Made by a program: the position numbers and the translations under genes | Shown: in pieces, positions 41,700-57,999 of the stretch | How positions within the stretch are numbered: position 1 is the stretch's first letter | Layout: each line of letters starts with the position of its first letter | The notes under the pieces: generated by a model | What the model was told of the DNA's origin: nothing | Database searches by the model: none | What the model saw: the letters and a program-made list of their open reading frames with translations, nothing else | Origin: Octopus sinensis | Taxonomy: Eukaryota | DNA: 64,000 nucleotides | Reading direction: 5' to 3' | Assembly (NCBI RefSeq): GCF_006345805.1 | Contig: NW_021834233.1 | Span: 15,268-79,267, forward strand

Positions 41700-43800
41700 G
41701 CAGAATAAAATATCTATACATCGATAAATTTGAAACATCCGTAGCGCTTCACCAAATAGCTAGACATAACTCACCTTTACCGAGAATTGTGTTCAGAGAA
41801 CCATTATTTGATATGAATAGGTGGATTGATCTCATCCATTTTGTAGCCATTGTAGTATCGATGGAAACCAGGTTTGAACTGAATAATATAATATCTTACG
41901 TTGCCATACATATAAAAAAACTTCAAGAATGGATGCAATACATAAAATTGGAAAAATGCCCCAATAATCTCCAGAAAGAAATACTTATATTTAGTGAGGG
42001 AGAAAAGGTGTGTGATGAAGTTTCTCAAAAGAAAAAGGGAAAAAATGAGCAAACAACTTTAAAAAAACATATAAATTGAGACAAGGACCTCTTGGAAGCA
42101 AACGAAAAGATCAAGCACATTATAACCCGAAATTTTCTCCGAGCAAGACGCTACGGAACGCATGAGTTCTTCTTTCAGGAGGGAAAACTCTTTGAATCTA
42201 AAAGAAAACCATTTTAATGGGGGCATGAACAAAAATAAATAAACGTAACTTGAAAATATAAATAAATAAATATGACTTAAAAATTTAAGCCAAAAATATG
42301 AATGACATGCCAAACATAAACAACGGAAGTTCAAACGCATTGCAAGAAAATATGAAAGGAAACATTCACGTAGTCAAAGGGAAGAAGAGATGAAAAGAAA
42401 AAAGGCTTAAGAAAAAAATCAATAACACTCTATGCTTCGCTCACCATAACTAGCACTCATTATCACTCCAAAGACACGACACATCGGCAAAGTTTCTGCT
42501 ATTTAAGAACCGCCAAGGCGTCGATGAAGCAGCTGACTAGCTGTCATTGATCTCTGACACGATCTTTCAATGAATTAAGGAAGAAATCGAAATTAACATC
42601 TAGAGGATTAATAAAGGGGGTTAGAATATAGATTGCTCATAACCAAAGCAGCAGAGACCGTAAAGTAATAGTTTGTTTGACAACTTATAAAATCCCTCGC
42701 GCCGCTAATATATCAAATGCTGGAAAATAAGGAAATATAATAATATCGTGTGTCAGTAACGGTTATGTGTTAATAAAACAGCTGCTGGAAAACTGAAAAA
42801 TATTAGAAGGCTGTGAAAATATAAAAATACATCGCAATGACACAAGTTGTTAGCGTAAAACATTTGATAAGATTCTAGTCCCTTTAATGGTCAATGTACT
42901 CCTTATCAATGAAATACATTCAGTTCGAAACATGTAAATGAATCGTGCAACTTGGAAGTGGTAAACAACAATTAGACTAGAAGGCCAAGATTTAACGAAG
43001 AACACGGTTATACCCATAAGGAACAGTCATTTACGGAGCGGCTGTGTATCTTATATATCTGTTTGCCTAACTGACTCGGATAACAAATTTTGTAAATGAA
43101 ATCCCTACAGATTCTAAATCTTACAAACAAACGAAAAACAAAATCTTCCCTTGATGGATGATTCGAAATTGTTTACGAGTATCAATTCCCAGCTGAAGAC
43201 CTAAGCAAAAGTTTTAAAGCGTTTAGTAGGGATGTAAAAGAGTGTATATCCTGCTGAACAAACATATTCAAACTATTCTTAGAAGGACCAAAACTAAGAA
43301 CATATCTTACAATGGGTTGAGAACATGGAAATTTGAGCGTAGAACTGCGAGTAAGTTGAGAATAGACTGGAAGCAACTAGAAAGTTACTGCCATTTAAGA
43401 AATAAAGTCTTGAAGAAAACATCTGTTACAACGCTATTCAATGATTTATGCTAATAAACAAAGCAAAACTAACAACTTGAAGATAAATAGAATCCGCTGC
43501 ACTATCACCAGAAGGCACTAAAATATAGCTTCTTTGACAGCAGCTTATAAATCTCTTATATCTATATTATGTAACACAATAAGAATTACTGAATTTAAAA
43601 TAGAAGCAACTTTTTATGTGAAGGTAGTAACAGATGAATATGATTCGATATAATGCACTGAAAAATTTTCCATTTCGTTTTCAGTATGTGGAGATAAATT
43701 GACTGTTTCTCTTTACAAACCTCAGTTGGTGGCGGAAAGGAAAGATGATATAATCAACCCAGATGATATAATCAACCCAGAATGCATACAACAGAGAGAA
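41700..43800 (+). mobile_element. Heavily decayed R4/Dong-like RT region
   Basis: Ordered remnants LLITKA (42633), MDDSKLFT (43154; YMDD motif), FKAFSRDVK and LYKP..GG (~43710). The boundaries are approximate. Confidence 0.5.
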
Positions 43801-44151
43801 CTCACCAAAAGGCACCTATACCGGCTGATGAAGCTGAATTCCAATTAGCTTAATGAACCATTGACACATATGATAAATCTTATAAATACTGCTACCGAAG
43901 GAGGCCACAGGAAGATTTGAAATTTGAACTAAAAGAACCACAGCAGATGCACAAAGTACTCTTACAATTCTGATAATCCTAGCTTGGCGCTTATCGTCCA
44001 AGCTGGACACATATCGACTCGATTAAATATAAAACTGATGGTATTTCAATGGTATTTTACATCAGAATACTGAGATATGGAATACATATCCTGTGTATAT
44101 CTAGCGAGTCTGCCAAAGTGTCACGTAAAATAAATGGAAGTAACAAGAAAA

Positions 44152-44546
44152 TCTTTATATATAAAAGTCAAGTTGTGTGTCTGTCTCCTACGATTTAGAT
44201 TCCTAACTACTCCCACATTTTGAGGTGCAGTTTCACCAAAACCGGGTATCTTATAGTCGTGATTCATATCGAGCCCTTCTTGGTATTAGCGCGCGTCTAC
44301 GATGAGTCTACGATTTTAAAAATAATTTACCATCATTCTTTTTGATTTTAATGCATTTTCTCGCTATTATATAAGGGAAGTAACTCTCTAAAAATGTCTA
44401 CGATGAGTCAACGATTTAAAAATAAAATTATAATTTTTTTTCCATTTTTAATGCATTTTTTTGCTATCTGTTGGCTATAACTCTCTAAAAATGCTTATAT
44501 AGTTATTTCCCTTACAAACCCGAGCAACGCCGGGCGATACTGCTAG
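44152..44546 (+). mobile_element. Non-autonomous Helitron
   Basis: A|TC start at 44152, subterminal hairpin CCCG-AGCAACGC-CGGG, CTAG|T end at 44546, and an internal ~95-100 bp tandem duplication beginning GTCTACGATGAGTC. Confidence 0.9.
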
Positions 44547-44599
44547 TGTAATATAATATAATCTTAATGACATAGTGTGACGTGCCTGCAATTGGTTCT

Positions 44600-44786
44600 T
44601 AAAGCATTTAGCATATAGCAATAGCCAGTTGAACGTTCTGAGTTCAAATTCCGCTGAGGTTGGCTTTGCCATTCATCCTTTCAGGGGTAGATAAATTAAG
44701 TACCATTTGTGTGCTGGGGTCGATTTAATCGATTGTCCCCCTTCCCCCAAATTTCGTTCTTTGTGCCTAGAGTAGAAAAGAATAGC
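44600..44786 (+). mobile_element. 5'-truncated SINE with tail B
   Basis: B-box, core and CCCCTTCCCCCAAATTTCG...TGTGCCTAGAGTAGAAAAG. Confidence 0.8.
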
Positions 44787-45659
44787 CAGTTGGACGAGTC
44801 ACTGCTCACAATTGGACAGCTCAGTACGCGGCATTAAGAAGTCAGAACATTGACGAAACATCGATGTCTATAGCTCCGAGAAAAGAGATCTGGTCTCACC
44901 TGGCAATGACCTGCTTTCGGGCGTTTTTATACAAAGGGCATTGAGATTATATTCCGTTGCGCCTTACAAAACGCAAACGTCAGATAAACTTAAACGCACA
45001 CATAGGGTATGTGTGTCCGGCTTTGTATATAATCTTAATGCTTAAAAAAGTGATCAAATTTGTTTTAGCTAGGTGATTGGTATAAACATAATGTCTATCC
45101 AGGTGACAACACAAGAGATCGTAAATTGCCAAAGTGAAAGTAATTAAGATGAAAATTAGAAATTCATCGAGAGCATTCAGAATCTACAATACTAAAAACA
45201 ATATTGTTGTCATATGATAAACTTGTACAGAGAGAGAGAGAGATAGAGAGAGAGGGAGAGAGAGAGAGAGTATTGGTCAAAAATAGAGTCATCGAAAAGA
45301 TACAGCAGCATGCAAATTAAGGGGATGTAAATAATTTTATTTTTAGAATTGACTTTTCTTTAGACACAAAAAATAAACAACTAAAGGACAATACCGAAGT
45401 ACAGCAAGGAAGGAGGTTTTGATAAACACAAAACAGCATGAAGAGTGGGTGTGAGGCATAAAATTGAAAACGGAATTTCAAGATACGCTACAGAGACAAA
45501 AATAGTAAACGAAAACACTCTCCACGCTTAATATCCTGCAAGCATTGAAAGAGAGGAAGTAAAAAGGAGTGGAATATCAAAATAACTCAGGAGCCCTGCA
45601 CTAAAAGGAGACAGGAAAGGTCAGGTTTCAGCTTCACATACACGCAATTATGACACTGA

Positions 45660-47245
<1,586 letters not shown>

Positions 47246-47299
47246 AAGTACATAGATATCTACACCTTGGTATACATCTGGTAGTATGCCGATTAAAAC

Positions 47300-47868
47300 A
47301 CTTTCACAGCATATGGCTACCTGAACTCGTCTGCTTTATTAATACAGATGCTATTGGATCTGCTTCAGGAATTCCACAGTGTCTGCTGAGCATATAAAAA
47401 ATAAGAGAAACAGGAAGAGCCGTGGGCAGATCGTCACCCTTGTCAGTACACAGAACATTGCTTTGTTCGTGATTAAATTGTATTTGACTTTTGTTTCTAA
47501 CAATACTGGTACTGTCCCGCAGCATTAGTCACTTTTAGTGACGGCGAATCCTTTCCTTTTCGGTTTTAAATTAGCAACCATAATTATAATTTGCACACTT
47601 CCAATTAGCTGATGAACCATTGACACTGATGATAAATTCTATATATACTGACAGGGGCAATTCAGCTTCACGACGAGCAACGGAGTACCATTACCAATGA
47701 GCATAAATTTCATGCGAAACTGGCGTGACAATCTGTTGATCTTTCTTGCTGTGGGGAGGTTGTCTCCCACATCAGTACATAGAACTCTGCTTTGTTCGTG
47801 GCTAAAGAACCTTTGACTCTTGTTTCTAGCGATGCTGGTACTGCCTTGCAACCTTAGTCGCTTTTGGT

Positions 47869-47872
<4 letters not shown>
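47300..47872 (-). pseudogene. Decayed coding sequence with two tandem ~110-codon repeats of an unidentified domain
   Basis: LQGSTSIARNKSQRFFSHEQSRVLCTDVGDNLPTA vs LRDSTSIVRNKSQIQFNHEQSNVLCTDKGDDLPTA: 26/35 identical residues, 10 of them with synonymous codon changes. In-frame stops and a frameshift lie nearby. Confidence 0.65.
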
Positions 47873-47905
<33 letters not shown>

Positions 47906-48269
47906 CAGCAAGCAGGTGTATCAGTTTGATGCTCGGGAAAGTGAGAAAGTATTTTAAGTTTCGAGCCTACGACGTTCCGTAGAAAGGCATAGGAGAAAAT
48001 ACACAGAGAGAGATTAAAAAAAAAAAACCCTGTGGATTTAGCGATCAAGCATGGTGGCTGGTTGGCGGAAAAATACCGATCTCTCATGACTATTCGCCGA
48101 ACTTTCTCAATCGTCTCCTCGTTTTAGATTCTGGAAAACGTACCTTAACGCACCCCGCTCTCCACTGAGGTACGGCCATGTTTCAAGAGATTATAATACA
48201 CCTTGAGACATACACAAACACACACATACATATATACATAAATACATACATACATACATACACACATAC

Positions 48270-48335
<66 letters not shown>

Positions 48336-48601
48336 TTGTATGTGTGTGTGTGAGTGTGTGTGTGTTTGTGTGTGTTTGCGTATGCGTATTATTTATTTAT
48401 TTAAAAGTCACAATACCTGTATTAAAAAGCTTAAACACATGTATTGTACCCTTTAAATAAATAAATCCTATCTCTCACCAGATGGTGTACCTTTTTGTTG
48501 AATTTTCAATCACGGACCACTATAACAAACACACACACACAGACATGGAAATAAATCCCATGAATAATACACTGTTCTATATAAAATATATAAATGCACC
48601 C

Positions 48602-48821
48602 TTTTAAATCCTAGCCAAGCTCATGGGCTCTGTGTCCCCCAGCTGGACGGGACGCCAGTCCATTGCAGCGTTACTCATTTTTGCCAGCTGAGTGGACTGG
48701 AGCAACGTGAGATGAAGTGTTTTGCTCAAGAACACAACGCGTTGCGCGGTCCAGGAATCGAAGCCACAATCTTTCGATCATGATGCTGACACCCTAACCA
48801 CTAATCCACGCGCCTCCACAC
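48602..48821 (-). mobile_element. tRNA-derived SINE (V/CORE-like body)
   Basis: The minus strand has A and B boxes, TGTTCTTGAGCAAAACACTTCATCTCACG and GCAATGGACTGGCGTCCCGTCCAG. Confidence 0.8.
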
Positions 48822-49751
48822 TGCAGTATATAGCTCTAAATAATCACCTCCTAGTTAACATAGTAAAATTCAAACAGTATTCAAATCGTATAGTACATAA
48901 TCCATAATAGCACAACACACGCACCATAGAAATTTCAAACTTGATAGTATAACACAAAACCTCATTTCCCATAATCTACAAAGATGCCACCTAAAATTAT
49001 CACCCAATACACAATATATACGAAAAATATTCATCACGCAACTAATTAAATTAATGATACTGAACCAAATGACAAAGGTGTAACAAACAAATATTATCGT
49101 ATACTCCCAAAAGACGATGCTGCATCTACCTCAGAAAAATGAAGTCATATCTTGCTGTTCAGTAGAAAAGCGCTTCAATTTACAGACAGAATGATAAGAA
49201 TAGTGTCACACAGTGTTCATCTTGGCTGCTGTACGCAACATTTTGATGATATACTATTCAATTATTTAAGTTAACTTATATCTAGTGCTATGAGATTATC
49301 TATTGCGTACTCTGAATGTTGTGAAAGAAAAATTTAGAAATGTGGATCTAAGATACAAATTCGATGCAACTTTGAGATATGTCGTACCTGGCGCACCTCT
49401 AGAATATGTTTAATCATTTTTCAATCTGTTAAATTTTTATAAGATTAGCCGATCGATAATTGTATTTACTAGATCTCCAAAATAAGATCTACGTTGACAA
49501 TATGTGTATAATATTTCTTTGTAATTTCCATCGGAATTTTCATAGTTTATAATTTTTTTTCTTTTTTAGTTTTGCTGAATTTTCCAACACTATAACATCC
49601 TAACATTTCTGTAACACTATCAACAACAATAATCTGTGATATAGAGATTTTGGTGTTTCTTCTTGACTTGTTTTTCTGCTGTTCTCTATAACCAGCTAAA
49701 TATTCTATCGATGAGAGGACATATAGTTGATGATACTGGTGAGGTTGGAAG

Positions 49752-50560
49752 GCGGCGAGCTGGCAGAATCGTTAGAACGCCGGTCGAAATGCTTAGCCTT
49801 GTTTCGTCTTCCGCTACGTTCTGAGTTCAAATTCCGACGAAGTCGACTTTGCCTTTCATCCTTTCGGGGTCGATAAATTAAGTACCAGTTACGCACTGGG
49901 GTCGATATAATCGACTTAATCCGTTTGTCCTCTCTGTGTTTAGCCCCTTGTGAGTAGTAACGATATAGGTGTTTCGTCTGCCGCTACGTTCTGAGGTCAA
50001 ATTCCACCGAGGACGACTTTGACTTTCATCCATTTGGGGCCGATAAATTAAGTACCAGTTGCATACTAGAGTCGTTCTAATCGACTGGACCTCCCCTAAA
50101 AAATTTTGGGCATTGTGCCTAGAGTAGAAAACAAAAGACCCTTCAGTAAATACTATCTTTAATGAGGTAAGCTGGCAGAAACGTTAACATGCCGGGCAAA
50201 ATGCGTAGCCGTATTTCGTCTGCCGCTACGTTCTGAGTTCAAATTCCGCCGAGGTCGACGTTGCCTTTCATCTTTCGGGATCGATTGCATAAGTACCAGT
50301 TACGCACTGGGGTCGATATTATCGGCTTGGTCCGTTTGTCTGTCATTGTTTGTCCTCTCTGTTTTTAGCCCATTGTGGGTAGTAAGGAAATAGGTATTTT
50401 GTCTATTTTTACGTTCAGAGTTCAAATTCCGCCAAGGTCGACTTTGCCTCTTATCCTTTCGGGGTCGATAAATTATGTACCAGTTGCGTACTAGGGTCGA
50501 TCTAATCTACTGCTCACCACTTCCCCCAAAATTTCGGACCTTGTACCTAAATTAGAAAAA
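49752..50560 (+). mobile_element. Two consecutive head-[A]-[B] SINE dimers (49752-50135 and ~50165-50560)
   Basis: Each has one head, a tail-A unit, a GGTRTTT junction and a terminal tail-B unit. Confidence 0.85.
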
Positions 50561-51740
50561 CATTGTGGACCAATAGACAGGTAAGTTAGCCACTTCTCAA
50601 AGAAAAATAACACGAGCAGTATTCTTTTCACTTCTCTACGGGCTACGTTCAAACCTAGCTGAATTCAGCATTTCCTTTAGACATCAATAAATAAAATACC
50701 AACCTAATATTTGGGATTGGGTACTCTTTTGGGAATAATCTGTTTTGGTCAAAACTGAAGATTAATGGCGGTCAAATGTATTCACAATGTTGCTGTTATA
50801 AATCCGCAAAGAACTGAGGAGACACATGAAGGTAAGGTAACATCAAATGAATGGTGCTGGAATTAATTCTTCAATGAATATAAGAGCCAGGTTCATATTT
50901 CTCTGAGTCATTTAATACTGAACAAATACATAAAAGAAGACCAGACTCCAATGCAGTGGATTGAACATCTGCATTATTTTGTCAACTTTAGGTAGAATCA
51001 ATGAAGTGAGTAAAGTGACAGAGCAGTGAGTGCGTTGGGCGAAATATTTTACTGTATCTCTTTAAATTCGTGTGATAATAAGGAATTCGCATAATAGTAT
51101 ATTTTTCATAACAGAGAGCTGGTAGGCTTTGCTGGGTATCATAGATTCCGTGTTGCAAAACAACTTGATATTTTCTACTAGCCGTTATATTTCAATGATT
51201 AGATATTTGGACAGAAGACATCCTTGCTATCTAACTCTGATCACCTCTAACATCATTGACAAATGTGCGTAACTACAAATAACAAACAGACATATATAGG
51301 AAGGTGTTTATTGCGCTGGGCAACCGTGATGGTAAAGATAAGTAACTTCTAATACAGGAATTTTCTTCATGACAGTTCGCTCCTTAGATTGTAGAGGATG
51401 CCAGTTCTTACACCAATTTACACTGCTTAGCAAACTTTGTGGAAAGTACATCTGCCAACAGCTGACTATATGCAAATCAGTAGAAATATCAACCTCTTGT
51501 AGCCCATTATTATTAGAGAATATTCGTTACCCTCTCTCTCTCTCCCTCTGTATATATAGTAGAATAAGAATAGAAAGTTTCCGATACAGTATTATCTTTT
51601 CCAAAAGACAAGGACCGATGACTTCTATTGGATAATTTTTATATTAATAATCATGTTCATTAAAACAATATATCTATATATGTATATGTATATATGTACA
51701 TACATACATATATATATATTGTATATATATATTGCATATA

Positions 51741-51787
<47 letters not shown>

Positions 51788-52396
51788 TGTATATATATAT
51801 TTATATATATATACATATATATACATACATATATATATATATTATATGTATGAATGTGTGTGTGTATGTTTATATATCTGTATACATACACATATTCATA
51901 TATACATACGTGTGTATACATATGTACACAGCACACACACACGCACACAGAGTCAGACATACGTATACACACATATGTCCCAATATATCTATTTAGATAA
52001 TACTATTTATATGATAGTTATAGTCCTCCATACACTTACATAGAAATTCAGATATACATTAAGTAGACAGTACTTTCAGAGAGAGAGAGAGAAAAATAAT
52101 TAAATAAAGAAGTTAAATGCAATATAAATAAATCTATATAAATAAACACATATATAAATAAAAGATAACTGGAAATAGATTTGTTTACTCGATATAAAGT
52201 ATTGTTCTTCTTTCTATGACATTAGATAAGTTGTGTTGAGAAATCAGTTTGGTTATTGAATACCTAAAATATGATACACTTTTAGGGATAACTATACAGT
52301 TCCGAATGGTTCTCTAACTCAAAGTTCTTGTACATGAAAAGAAAGAAAAGAAGCGCTTGTACAGAAACAATCTATTTTATTGAAATATATGACTTT

Positions 52397-52451
<55 letters not shown>

Positions 52452-52506
52452 TATATATATGCATATATATATACATATATATATATAGACATATATATAT
52501 GTATAC

Positions 52507-52550
<44 letters not shown>

Positions 52551-52569
52551 TATATATATATAGACACAC

Positions 52570-52645
<76 letters not shown>

Positions 52646-53020
52646 TTATATGTATCTATATATATACATGTACATATATATATATATATATATGTTGGCT
52701 TTGGTTTTGATTCTTGTTAATTGTGATCATTTTTTTAATGTTATATTTATGAAAGATATTGATCTTGTCTCTGAATCAGCTAAAACATTACACGTCAGCC
52801 AAATCTTTTATCAGCTATACAGCAAATATATGTGTCTATGTTCACACAGAAACACACATATTAACACGCATGAACATGGCTATGTACACACGCACACACA
52901 TACTCACAAACACACACGCACATGTATATATGTATGTAGACACATATATAAATATAGATATACATGTACATACATATAACACGTTCCTACACATATTAAT
53001 ATTTGGATATATGAATATGC

Positions 53021-53070
<50 letters not shown>

Positions 53071-53237
53071 ATACGTGTTTGTGTATGTATGTATATATGT
53101 ATGCTGAAATTGTAGAATTACAGAAGACAATACTATTAACAGTGTAGACATAAGTTATGTAATTTTATGTTCAATTCATTATAATCCACGCCAGCTTTCT
53201 TCTGATTCCTCAGACCTGAATAGGGTTAAGTGAATTT

Positions 53238-53458
53238 GGATCTTTAACCTTTGACCGGCAGATTTAGAAAATAATTTTTCTGTAACTAAACACTTTCAAA
53301 CTTCGTATACTGGTAGAATATGTCATATATAAAATGTTCTCAAAAATGCTAGGAGTAAAAAATGTTTTATATGACACATTCTACCAGTGTCCGAAGTTTG
53401 AAAGTGTTTAGTGACTAAAAATTATTTTCTAAATCTGCCGGTCAAAAGGTAAAGATCC
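53238..53458. mobile_element. MITE with ~100-bp TIRs and an 8-bp TSD
   Basis: GGATCTTT...AAAGATCC termini; GTGAATTT at 53230-53237 and 53459-53466. An 8-bp TSD fits hAT, P or Merlin; the 5'-GG terminus is Merlin-like. Confidence 0.9.
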
Positions 53459-55384
53459 GTGAATTTCTTTGTGTATATATTCTGATTTGTATGTGCTCAT
53501 GTGAATATGTATATGTTTATGTGGAATTGTTGTAACTACAGCATATCTGATTGGTTTCAATCAGTATCTGTCGTGCGTATTGCAAGGAGTGGGACTTTTA
53601 ACTCGGGCCATTTCCTTGGTGCAGACAACGATAGGCCAGTTATTTGATGAGGGAAAATTTGGATTAATCTTGAAGAGAGGGTCAAGGGGACTGTTATTGA
53701 ACCGTCAGTTGCCTGTGTTTGTCTACAAATGTCACGGTAGAAGTGACCGCAGGTTTATTGGTACCATCTAATGTGCAGAAAAGCCATGTATCACAATGAT
53801 TTGTATAAAGGCCATGTATCACAATCCACGTACATATATGTGTTTCTTCATAAGTGATTGTGATCTTTGGAGTATATTTCTGTGAATGTAGTAACACAAA
53901 AATTGTTAAACTTTTTTAACGAATACATGTAGCTCTGGTTCTAGCAAGGGGGAATACTAAAGAAAAATAATTTCTTTTCTGAGAGAGACGAAAAGTTTCA
54001 AGTCAGGAGCCAGAAAAGAAAGAATCCAATGTCCATATTCAACAACAAATAAACAGTTTTTAATTAAAATATCAACAAAAATGTCACAACAAGCACAGGC
54101 GCCAAAATGACATGAAGATAGCAAAAAATAATAAAATCGCAACTTACATCAGCACCATTAACAGATAAACGCATTACTATCACAATGAACTTCAAAAATT
54201 CTAGAAAGGATTTTAACAAAACCAACAGTAACTGCAAGCAGGCAAGCACACACACAAACAGACACATACACTCGCGCACATACACACAAACACACACATA
54301 CACTCGCGCACATACACACAAACACACACACGCTCACGTTATGAACACCGTTATATAAAACTGAATTGGTCCGGTATATGAGAAAAAGATATGCAGACAA
54401 AGTGGCGGCCAAATAGAAAGAAACAGAGGAATTGGTTTGCAAAACATAGCTAAAATCTATAGCGTCAGCCGCTTACTGTAATGCTCAAACTTCTAGCTAC
54501 TTTGGGGATTTTAAGGCAAAGACTGGATAATATATATTAAAGACACCTAGAATGATATTCTTTCCTTAAAGACCAAGTCGTGGGTAAAATCTGTGTTTCT
54601 TCTCCAACACATATAGCCTCATTCAGAATAAACGTACATATTCTGGGAACATTTAGGAAGCCAAGTCACTTACCTAGCAATCTCATTCATTAAAACAATT
54701 TTGTAAGCGTACGCACACGCGCGCAGTTTTGAAAAGTACAAAATATTGACATAAAGTCGTCCATCGCAATCAGGCGAGAAAATAGCTGTGCTGTCCCAAG
54801 AAAGGTTTGGATGAAGAGGTACAGTGAATTTTCACGATGCATTTGCTGAGTCCCTAGTACTACATGTAAAGAGCAATAATGACTGCACCTAATGACTAGT
54901 GATTGTCACTGACCAACAGCTGATTTGGGAACATGTTTGCGCACCCCAAAAGTTTAGTCCTGTTGTTCCGACATTTATATGTAGGGTAGAGACATTTTGT
55001 TGACCCCCAAGTAATAGAGAGTAAAAAAGTCTCATATACTAATTCATCGGTTTCGGACTGTATAACAGAAGGAATGTTCCAATGTGAATATGGTTCAAAC
55101 GTAAGAGGTTATTCAGATCATATATCGATAGAGCACATTAGATTAGTAGAGAGACATAAGTGTACGGTATCCACAATTAAAGATGATCGGTTTCACTGAT
55201 AATAACTGAGTGATCTGTACGGTATACTTAGGTACCTCTCTAAGATAGAGTCCGTATCATTGGACGCTGAAGTATCTTTCCGGTACATAGGTACACAGGT
55301 ACCGTGTTATGGAGATACGTAAAAAGAAAACGGCAATTGACAGAGGTACTCTTCAATATCTCTAGAGTAGAAATAGATATTTAA

Positions 55385-55775
55385 AAGGCAACAAGCTGGC
55401 AGAATCGTTTGCGCGCCCACGGAAATGCTTAGTCGTCTGCCGTTTCGTTCTGAGTTCCAATTCCGCCGAGGTCGACTTTGCCTTTCATCCTTCTTTCGGG
55501 GTCGATATAAATTAAGTACCAGTTTCGCACTGGGGTCGATATAATCAACTTAGTCCGTTTGTCTGTCCTTGTTTGTCCCCTCTGTGTTTAGCCCCTTGTG
55601 GGTAGTAAAGAAATAGGTATTTCGCCCATCGCTCCGTTCTGAGTTCAAAATCCGCCGAGGTCGAATTTGCCTTTGAATCTTTCGGCGTCGATAAATTAAG
55701 TAGCAGTTAAACACTATGGTCAATCTAATCGACTGACCCCCCCCCCCAAACATTCAAGCCTTGTGTCTATAGTAA
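55385..55775 (+). mobile_element. Head-[A]-[B] SINE dimer
   Basis: Head near 55385, junction AAAGAAATAGGTATTTCG near 55615, tail B GACTGACCCCCCCCCCCAAACATTCAAGCCTTGTG. Confidence 0.85.
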
Positions 55776-56639
55776 AAATGATAATGTATTTACCATCTTC
55801 GGGTGAATAAATATATATTCTCGTATGTATTTATTCATGTACATGGTTGTGTATACATTTGTAAGTGTATATATTAATTCGTGTGTATAAGCATATGATC
55901 ACATATGTGTGCAAGTGTATACAAACGTTTTTATATGGTTAAAAGTATGTGAATATGCAGGTGGTATATTCAAACGTGTATCTGTTTATATGTGAATGCC
56001 TGTTAGATATGTATGTATGCCGGTTTGTGTACGTAGCCGTAATAATTCCATGCTATCACTGGACGTCTTAAAAGCGACCTAATCTTCGTTTTAGTTAGTT
56101 TTCCAAATAAAGAAGTCACATGTAAAACTGAAATCCCCTAAAGGTTAATGATTAATCATTCAGTGTCTTATATATCAAAGAAAAAAACAAGAATCATTGC
56201 TAGCACTTCCAGAACAAGACAAGTACACAGAGGATTAGCAGATTTAGTAGAGCGATGAAGAAAACGTGTCAATATATTTTATGTTCATTTTATGTTCGGA
56301 ATTAAAAACCACTGAGAACAATTTTGGTTTTGTTGGAGCGTCAGTAAAAGCAATTAACAATTAATCACTGAAATTCTCTTACGTAGAGTGTTCACCTTTT
56401 CAATTCTGTGTCCTTTGTGCAATTTTGAAATTATTGCCTTGAATTACACTGCATAACAAGATTTTTGTATTTCTGTAGCAACTGTTCGTTCCTATTTGCT
56501 TACCATAAGTAAGTATTAAAAATGGCTAATATTCCCTTTGAATTTTACTTTGGTTACATTTATGTAATCCGCAAAGAATTCCTCTCAATATATGGCTATG
56601 ATGCTCCCCAATCACTCCTGCTCATGATCAGAAACGCCT

Positions 56640-57215
56640 AAGGTGGTGAGCTGGCAGAAACGTTAGCACACCGGGCTAAATGCTTAGCGGCATTTCATCT
56701 GCTGTTAGGTACTGAGTTCAAATTCCGCCGAGGTCGACTTTGCCTTTCATCCTTTCGGGGCCGATAAAATAAGTACCAGTTACGCACTGATGTCGATATA
56801 ATCGATTTAATCCGTTTCTCTGTCCTTGTTTGTCCTCTCTGTGTTTAGCCCCTTGTGGGTAGAAAAGAAATAGGTATTTCATTCCGCCGAGGTCGACGTT
56901 GCTTTCATCCTTTCTGCGTCGATAACTTAAGTACCAGTTACGCACTGGCGTCGATATAATTGACTTAATCCGTTTGTCTGTCCTTGCTTGTCTTCTCTGT
57001 GTTTAGCCCCTTGTGGTAGAAAAGAAATAGAAATAGGTATTTCGTCTGCCGTTAGGTTTTGATTTCAAATCCCGCCGAGGTCGACTATGCCTTTCCTCCT
57101 TTTGGGGTTAATAAATTAAGTACCAGCAACGTATTGGGGTCGATGTAATCGACTTAATCCGTCTCTCCTTGCTGGTCCCCTCTATGTTTAGCGCTTTGTG
57201 AGCAATAAAGAAATA
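56640..57215 (+). mobile_element. Family A SINE array, 3 units
   Basis: Head GGTGGTGAGCTGGCAGAAACG; junctions near 56872 and 57032. Confidence 0.85.
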
Positions 57216-57589
57216 AGATGTGCCCTTATTTTCAGTAGTTATGGTGAAGCAACTGACGAGTAAATCTGATATTCAACGGAATATTTGCTATAACGATATT
57301 TCTGCCTTCAACAACTCAATGCTGAATCTGACTGAAAGGCAATAGAAAAGAGGTCAGTTTCAAAATATTGATATTCAGGTCACAAAAACAATGTTTGAAG
57401 GGAATTGTAGTCGTTAAAACACTCACTGCCCAAGTACAAGAAAACCCCACCAAAAGTTTAACTTATTTGCGATACGATGGGGTAAAGACACAATAACGTT
57501 AAGGTACTACATCTAGTGATACTTAACCGAGTCCGTTTCTATTAGGAGTCTAATTCCTGATTGGCACTGGAAGTATCGAACAGCAATCA

Positions 57590-57745
57590 ATAGTAGCTAA
57601 GTGGTAAATAGCTTGCTTACCAATCACAGGGTTCCGAGTTCATTCCCATTGCGTGGCACCTTGGGCAAGTGTCTTCAACTATAGCCTCGGGCCGACCAAA
57701 GCCTTGTGAGTGGATTTGGTAGACGGAAACTGAAAGAATCCCGTC

Positions 57746-57798
<53 letters not shown>

Positions 57799-57999
57799 AA
57801 TGTGTGTATATGTTCGCGTGTCTTTGTTTGTGCCCCCAAATCGCTTGACAACCGATGGTGGTATGTTTACGTCCCCGTGAATAAACACTAAGGCTTACAA
57901 AGAATAAGTCCTGGGGTCGATTTGCTAGACTAAAAGTGGTGCTCCAGCATGGCCGCAGTCAAATGATGGAAACAAGTAAAAAAGTAAAAGAGAAAAGAG
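57590..57999 (+). mobile_element. Family B SINE
   Basis: Colinear with the 16741 element, including the internal (TA)n. Confidence 0.85.

Noticed and set aside
53580-53897. Short ORFs on both strands in a moderately GC-rich island
   Set aside because: No recognisable motif or splice structure in any frame.
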